Below are positions 59,439-64,000 of a DNA stretch of 64,000 nt, piece after piece (within the stretch, counting starts at the first letter, position 1; each line of letters opens with the position of its first letter). Made by a program: the position numbers and the translations under genes. The DNA lies in IMG/VR virus record IMGVR_UViG_3300009448_000011, positions 1 through 64,000 of that record. One strand, 5' to 3'. Under the pieces are notes generated by a model. The model had not been told where the DNA came from, did not search any database, and saw nothing but the letters and a program-made list of their open reading frames with translations. This stretch comes from a virus.

Positions 59439-60993
59439 TTACCTAAAATAGCAGAATGCCCCCATCAGAACGGTACTCCGTTTGGTGGCGGGATGAATGC
59501 GAGTGAGGCGACGATTGCCTGTCCTCCTTCCGAGATCTACCGATTGTCGGGATTGTCGGACAGGCATAAGGAGACGAACAAATTCATTGCTTATTCAATG
59601 TTTTATCTGAGTTTTTCTGGATAAAATTATGCTATCATAGTTTCATGATAGTTAGAGAAGCCAAGCTAAAATACGGTACAGCAGAGCAATATTCTGCCAT
59701 TGATAAAGCCATCCGAACAGCACAGTTCATTCGGAACAAAGCCGTTCGCTATTGGATGGACAATCAAGGTACGAGTAAAGCCGATCTGTACAGTATCTGC
59801 AAAGACTTGGCTAAAGAGTTTGACTTTGCTAAAAAGCTTAACTCCGCTGCTCGTCAGGCTAGTGCTGAACGTGCTTGGGTTGCTATCTCTAGCTTCTACA
59901 CCCGATGCAAAAAGCGGCTCACTCCAGTTGGGTCTCCCAACCATGGAAGTAAGACAAAACAAGGCGTAGGCAAGAAAGGTTTTCCAAAGTTTAAGAAACA
60001 TTGTCGTTCTGTTGAGTATAAGGTTTCAGGATGGAAACTATCGAAAGATTGCAAATCGATCGCATTCACTGATGGTTTTGAGATTGGAACATTATCGATA
60101 TTTTGCAACAATGAAACTCAAGAAGACTTGCATAGGCTGAAAATTAATCGTGTGCGGATCGTGCGGAGAGCAGACGGGTATTATGCCCAATTCTGTTTTG
60201 ATGCAGATCGTAAAGAGCAAGGGGAATATTCAGGCAATGTTGTCGGATTGGATTTAGGGTTGAAGTTTTTCACCAAAGACCAAAACGATAATGCTGTAAT
60301 ATATCCACAGTTCTTGAGAAAGGCCCAGATGCAACTCAAGAAAACTCAACGTCGATTAAGCAAGAAATTTGTGAAGGGTGCCAAACCCCAATCAAACAAC
60401 TACCACAAGGCGCAAAAACAACTAGGAAGAATTCATCTCAAAATTCAACGCCAGCGAAAAGATTGGGCGATAAAAGCCGCCCGAAACGTAGTGATATCTA
60501 ACGATGTCGTGGTGTATGAAAATTTGAAGATTGCGAACATGGTCAAAAATCATCATTTGGCTAAGTCAATTTCCGATGCTGGTTGGTATCAATACACTCA
60601 ATGGCTGGACTACTATGGCAAGATTTGGGATAAAGCAGTTGTGGCAGTATCGCCAAACTATACGTCTCAAGATTGCTCTAATTGCGGTCATCGAGTGAAA
60701 AAGTCTCTTAGTACCAGAACGCACTCATGCCCCAACTGCAAAATTGAAATTTGTCGCGATACGAATGCGGCTTTGAATATCTTGCACAAGGGATTGAACA
60801 TTCTTGGTGTTGAGTGGGACAAAAACAGTACTTCTGGGCAAGAAGGATCTGCCTCTGAGAATGAGGGAAAGCGCGGGGAGAGATGTACCTCTACAGTCGA
60901 TGAGTAATTAAAGACTGCAAGTAATTCTCTGTGAACCGCGAATAAGAATCCCCCGCTATATCGGTACTTCGATTAGCGGCGGGAGTATGTCAA
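59439..60993 (+). mobile_element. IS200/IS605-family (IS1341-like, TnpB-only) element
   Basis: Higher GC than flanks; follows TTGAT (59434-59438); left-end hairpin at about 59454-59500; right-end hairpin ending ...GGGAGTATGTCAA; no tnpA. Confidence 0.8.
59645..60907 (+). CDS. tnpB: TnpB RNA-guided endonuclease
   Basis: GLDLG (RuvC-I), VYENL (RuvC-II), TSQDCSNCG..CPNC Zn finger, RDTNAALN (RuvC-III) all intact. Confidence 0.95.
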   Translation: MIVREAKLKYGTAEQYSAIDKAIRTAQFIRNKAVRYWMDNQGTSKADLYSICKDLAKEFDFAKKLNSAARQASAERAWVAISSFYTRCKKRLTPVGSPNHGSKTKQGVGKKGFPKFKKHCRSVEYKVSGWKLSKDCKSIAFTDGFEIGTLSIFCNNETQEDLHRLKINRVRIVRRADGYYAQFCFDADRKEQGEYSGNVVGLDLGLKFFTKDQNDNAVIYPQFLRKAQMQLKKTQRRLSKKFVKGAKPQSNNYHKAQKQLGRIHLKIQRQRKDWAIKAARNVVISNDVVVYENLKIANMVKNHHLAKSISDAGWYQYTQWLDYYGKIWDKAVVAVSPNYTSQDCSNCGHRVKKSLSTRTHSCPNCKIEICRDTNAALNILHKGLNILGVEWDKNSTSGQEGSASENEGKRGERCTSTVDE

Positions 60994-61036
60994 AAAAAGT
61001 CAATGAAAAAAGTAAAAAAATTAATAGTTAAAAAAA

Positions 61037-61459
61037 TTAATAGTTAAAAATATCTATAGTTGTATTATTGTTAGTTCGTTTAAAGATATAACTATTATTT
61101 TGATAGAGGGTGTATTCTTTTAATTGAATACCAGGAGTGATCAAGTCATAATCAAAAGCAACAATAGCATAGCCAGTGCCATCATTAATAGTCCAGGTTA
61201 TATAGAACTTACTTTTCAAATATTGATCATAGCTAGTATCCATGTCGTAGTAGATACCGTAGGGGGTAGTATTTTCCAGGTAAATTTGGCTAGAAGAAGT
61301 AGCACAATAATTCGATTCTGTCAAACCCAACCACATATTATCGGGAGAACAAGTATTTTGAGAATTTGGCTCGGTTAATTGAAGTTCTGCAGAGGCAGAA
61401 GAACCGCTGATCAAAATACTTAAAATAACTACAATGCCGATTTTCAAATTATTAAACAT
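61037..61459 (-). CDS. Secreted/exported hypothetical protein
   Basis: N-terminal signal peptide MFNNLKIGIVVILSILISGSSASA. Confidence 0.6.
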   Translation of the reverse strand: MFNNLKIGIVVILSILISGSSASAELQLTEPNSQNTCSPDNMWLGLTESNYCATSSSQIYLENTTPYGIYYDMDTSYDQYLKSKFYITWTINDGTGYAIVAFDYDLITPGIQLKEYTLYQNNSYIFKRTNNNTTIDIFNY

Positions 61460-61587
61460 TATTTTTTTTATAGTAAATAGTGAATATTAAATAAATTACA
61501 TATTTTCAATTAAAGCAGCAAAATGTCCTCCTTCGGACTAGTATTCCAGTTAAAGGAGGGTAAGGAAGTAATGTTAACAATTTTTTT

Positions 61588-62190
61588 TCATTTAGCGGCC
61601 CAACTAGTACCCAATTTACATTCTGCTTTAGAAGGAAAATCAGGCACTAATTTATGTAATAATTCATCCATTGCTTTTTTCATTCCTAATTCTTGTGCAG
61701 CAGCATATTCATAAGAAATATCTTGAAATTTATATTCAGGAATATAAACTTCCCCATCTTTTCTTACATTTACTACTTCACCTTGTCCAGGGATATAAGT
61801 AATACATTCATCATGAACTAAGCCTACGATATAGCCTGGAGAAGAATGTTGTTTATACTTAGTATTAAGCTGAGTAAAAAACTGATCGATATAATGTGCG
61901 GCGCGTTTTGTCATAATACTAGAAAGGCCTTGTATAATGGTATTACAACCTTTACGCATAGTAGCGCCATCATTTTCTATTCCGTGAGCATTACCTTCGC
62001 CAACGAAATAGCGTCTATTTGTTATAGGACATTGTACCCATTTTTGATATCTAGCCAAAGAACTAGTATTATCAATATAGACTTGCAATTCTGGAAATAA
62101 ATTAAAATAGTTTTTAAGAAGTTGTTCAGCAACCTTAATATCTATTTGAAGAGCGGTAGAAATTCTATTAGCACTTCCACCATAAATTAC
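61588..62190 (-). CDS. polA: Family A DNA polymerase, last exon
   Basis: VIYGGSA (end of motif B), YFNLFPEL, RRYF, NTIIQG, VHDEC (motif C), GTSW. Confidence 0.9.
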   Translation of the reverse strand, partial: VIYGGSANRISTALQIDIKVAEQLLKNYFNLFPELQVYIDNTSSLARYQKWVQCPITNRRYFVGEGNAHGIENDGATMRKGCNTIIQGLSSIMTKRAAHYIDQFFTQLNTKYKQHSSPGYIVGLVHDECITYIPGQGEVVNVRKDGEVYIPEYKFQDISYEYAAAQELGMKKAMDELLHKLVPDFPSKAECKLGTSWAAK

Positions 62191-62243
62191 CTTAAACCCT
62201 AAATTTTCATCTAGGTTTGGACTATACCTTTTAATGTAATTAT

Positions 62244-62273
62244 TTGACATACATTAAAACACCGTGTTATAAT
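62244..62273 (+). promoter_or_regulatory. Consensus sigma70 promoter antisense to the intron
   Basis: TTGACA-18 nt-TATAAT with extended TG; overlaps intron P8 and P3'. Confidence 0.8.
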
Positions 62274-62300
62274 TAGTATAACAAAGAAACATTTTAGATA

Positions 62301-62879
62301 ATGGACATACAAACAGCGGCGAATTTACAAGAATTAATAGAACAAGATCCTTTAATAGAATTAATCGAAATATGGGATAAAGTTTTATACATAAGAAAAG
62401 TAAAAGGCCGAGGAAGGTTTCATACTAAAAAAAATATTACTTTGTTAAAAAGTGGAATATACATCAATACAAAATATATACTCCAAGAATACAAAAGACT
62501 TCAAAAAAAATATCACCCTGATTTAAACAAAGGAAAAAAAAATTATGTTGAAATTTCAAAAAGCATTAATCAATGGAAAGACTTATTATTTGAATGTGAC
62601 GAAAGAGAACTCAATAGAACAGTATATCAGTTACTTATTACAACATGTGGACCGCTCACATCCATTTTCAGCATTGGAAAATCAGCAGACTTTATTTGGG
62701 GGCAAGAGGCCGGATTTCTCCACATCCCTAGATTTAATTCTGAACAGGAATTCAAGGAATGGAAAATTCCCTTTAGGAATTGGGCGGAAAAACTCGATGA
62801 TTGCCGATTGCCTAGAAGTAAAAGGAAGTTCTCAGATGTTGAGCACTACGGAGTTAATGAAAGAGATCTTCCTTTTTGA
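62301..62879 (+). CDS. HPD/J-domain-like protein, intron-borne cassette copy 2 (ORF1)
   Basis: IEIWDKVLYIRK, YKRLQKKYHPDLN, ends ERDLPF; paralog of 57835..58419. Confidence 0.7.
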   Translation: MDIQTAANLQELIEQDPLIELIEIWDKVLYIRKVKGRGRFHTKKNITLLKSGIYINTKYILQEYKRLQKKYHPDLNKGKKNYVEISKSINQWKDLLFECDERELNRTVYQLLITTCGPLTSIFSIGKSADFIWGQEAGFLHIPRFNSEQEFKEWKIPFRNWAEKLDDCRLPRSKRKFSDVEHYGVNERDLPF

Positions 62880-63276
62880 TGCAGCAGAAACTATTGTTCC
62901 TACTTATGATGTTTCTATGTCTGATTTTCAATCTCAATATTTTCCATTGGGGAAAGAAAGCAAGAATTATTTCAGAAGTTATGTGCAGGAAGCACTTAAT
63001 AGAGGCATCAAAGTGAAATCATTTACTTTTTGGTTTGCGGGCCCTCTAGTGTCTATTGAAGCCATCAAATTTTCTATTTATTGGAATCGCGTGATCAAAC
63101 AAATAGGTGGAATTCAAGTAGAAATCAAAGTTTTGTCTTTGGAACAATTAATTAATTACATCATTTCCAATATTCCAACAAAAAAATGGTATGTATTAAA
63201 TCAACATCCTTCTGTTTGTATGAGTAGAGCGCAGGTTGAAGCTCTAATAGAAGCTCAACTAGCCATTTTAGTATAA
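62545..63276 (+). CDS. PD-(D/E)XK nuclease-like protein, intron-borne cassette copy 2 (ORF2), candidate homing endonuclease
   Basis: ENSIEQYI, KRPDFS, CLEVKG; overlaps ORF1 by 335 nt. Confidence 0.65.
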   Translation: MLKFQKALINGKTYYLNVTKENSIEQYISYLLQHVDRSHPFSALENQQTLFGGKRPDFSTSLDLILNRNSRNGKFPLGIGRKNSMIADCLEVKGSSQMLSTTELMKEIFLFDAAETIVPTYDVSMSDFQSQYFPLGKESKNYFRSYVQEALNRGIKVKSFTFWFAGPLVSIEAIKFSIYWNRVIKQIGGIQVEIKVLSLEQLINYIISNIPTKKWYVLNQHPSVCMSRAQVEALIEAQLAILV

Positions 63277-63303
63277 TCTTTTAATATCTAATTATCTTTA
63301 AGT

Positions 63304-63336
63304 CGCCTTGTACATTAATGTATTTAGGCGTTTTTT
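63304..63336 (+). terminator. Intrinsic terminator of the antisense cassette
   Basis: CGCCT-TGTACATTAATGTATTT-AGGCG followed by TTTTTT, about 27 nt after the ORF2 stop. Confidence 0.7.
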
Positions 63337-63474
63337 ATTATGTATTCTTAAAAGTCTCTGAACCATTTTATAAACTTTCATTTATAGCTGGCTGCTGATT
63401 GACATATAGTATTTTTTAAACTACTTAGTGTTCCAGCAATTGAGTGTTTTTTACTTCACCATAATTTACAATTT

Positions 63475-63738
63475 AGTGAAGCCGCAGACTTTACCACGGT
63501 CTCTTCTTGTCCATCCATTCATATCTTTTTTAGCTTCTTTAATAACATTCCATTTAGGAACAGTAGCTAATTCAGGGTACATTCCAATAGCCGAAACTAC
63601 ATGAAGATCCCCGTCAGGATTAGGATATGTTTCTTTTGTATGTGGATTAATAAGAAAGGGATTATGCACTTCGGCATCGAAAAACGCATTAATCATTCTC
63701 TCTATTTTTGCTATACAAGCAATAGCTCTTACTTCTTG
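63475..63738 (-). CDS. polA: Family A DNA polymerase, internal exon (88 aa)
   Basis: QEVRAIA (end of motif A), GDLH, RDRGKVCGFT (start of motif B). Confidence 0.88.
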
Positions 63739-64000
63739 CAATATAGTTTTATTCTATACTGGCACTACTCTTCACCATCTCTATTAAGTACAGGTGTTTT
63801 ACGTCAGTGCTCTACTCTTGCCCAATTAATATAATAGAATAATAGTTCTAATTAATTTGCTAGATCGGGATTAGTTTACTATCACTTTCCCCGAATTGGT
63901 AAAATATTTTTTATACTATTTCTAATATAAACGACCCTTTTTTATTGTATTTATTTGTTTGACATTCAGCCATATAAGAGATACAATAAAAAAAAGACAA
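63739..64000 (-). mobile_element. Second group I intron in DNA polymerase motif A (3' part; 5' end outside the window)
   Basis: P AAUUCGGGGAA (63887-63897), Q AAUCCCGAUC (63863-63872), R GUAGAGCACUG (about 63804-63815), P3 UUUUAC/GUAAAA, P8 CACC/GGUG, S AAGAGUAGUGCC (63761-63772), P9 hairpin, terminal G before CAA GAA GTA AGA. Confidence 0.8.
63959..63987 (+). promoter_or_regulatory. Sigma70-type promoter antisense to the second intron
   Basis: TTGACA-17 nt-TACAAT inside a long intron hairpin, pointing out of the window. Confidence 0.55.

Larger units (their letters stand above)
62191..63474 (-). mobile_element. Group I intron (IA-like) in DNA polymerase motif B, with antisense cargo
   Basis: P1 CUUCACU/GGUGAAG with U.G at the 5' splice site; P AAUUGCUGGAA (63431-63441), Q AAUCAGCAG (63392-63400), R UUCAGAGACU (63353-63362), S AAGGUAUAGUCC (62219-62230); terminal G at 62191; splicing restores RDRGKVCGFT|VIYGG. 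Confidence 0.92.

Noticed and set aside
59418-60111. Short ORFs 59418..59624, 59666..60001, 59700..59969, 59896..60111
   Set aside because: They span the IS left end or overlap tnpB; no Y1 transposase HUH motif
62273-63276. TTAGTATAA direct repeat flanking the intron cargo as a target-site duplication
   Set aside because: A 9-bp AT-rich match can arise by chance, and no equivalent was seen around the free-standing copy
61588-63741. DNA polymerase as a fragmented pseudogene, or separate genes starting at 62250 and 63741
   Set aside because: Group I intron cores and in-frame splice junctions explain the breaks; the listed starts lie inside introns

Overview
AT-rich segment of a large tailed (myovirus-like) phage genome. 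The host is probably a cyanobacterium, judged from a CpcS/CpeS-type phycobiliprotein lyase, a cyanobacterial-type TnpB element and a C39 peptidase. Positions 1-36358 (+) are a virion module: repeat-rich tail fibres, Twort/SPO1-like baseplate proteins (two DUF4815-like paralogs), a large terminase carrying three inteins (two of them back-to-back at the Walker A site), and a 3564-aa tape-measure-like protein with a thermonuclease domain. Positions 36355-64000 (mostly -) are a replication and nucleotide-metabolism module: Cas4/RecB-like nuclease, RuvC, primase, intein-bearing Pif1/RecD-like helicase, dNMP kinase, SF2 helicase, SSB, DnaX-like clamp loader, UDG, HNH, beta-clamp-like protein, and a family A DNA polymerase split by two group I introns. 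The most striking system is in the complete polymerase intron (62191-63474, -). It carries a self-contained ANTISENSE transcription unit: a consensus sigma70 promoter embedded in the ribozyme, two genes that overlap by about 335 nt in different frames (an HPD/J-domain-like protein and a PD-(D/E)XK nuclease-like protein), and a terminator. A diverged free-standing copy of the same cassette lies about 4.5 kb away. All functional calls come from motif recognition by eye; no searches were run.
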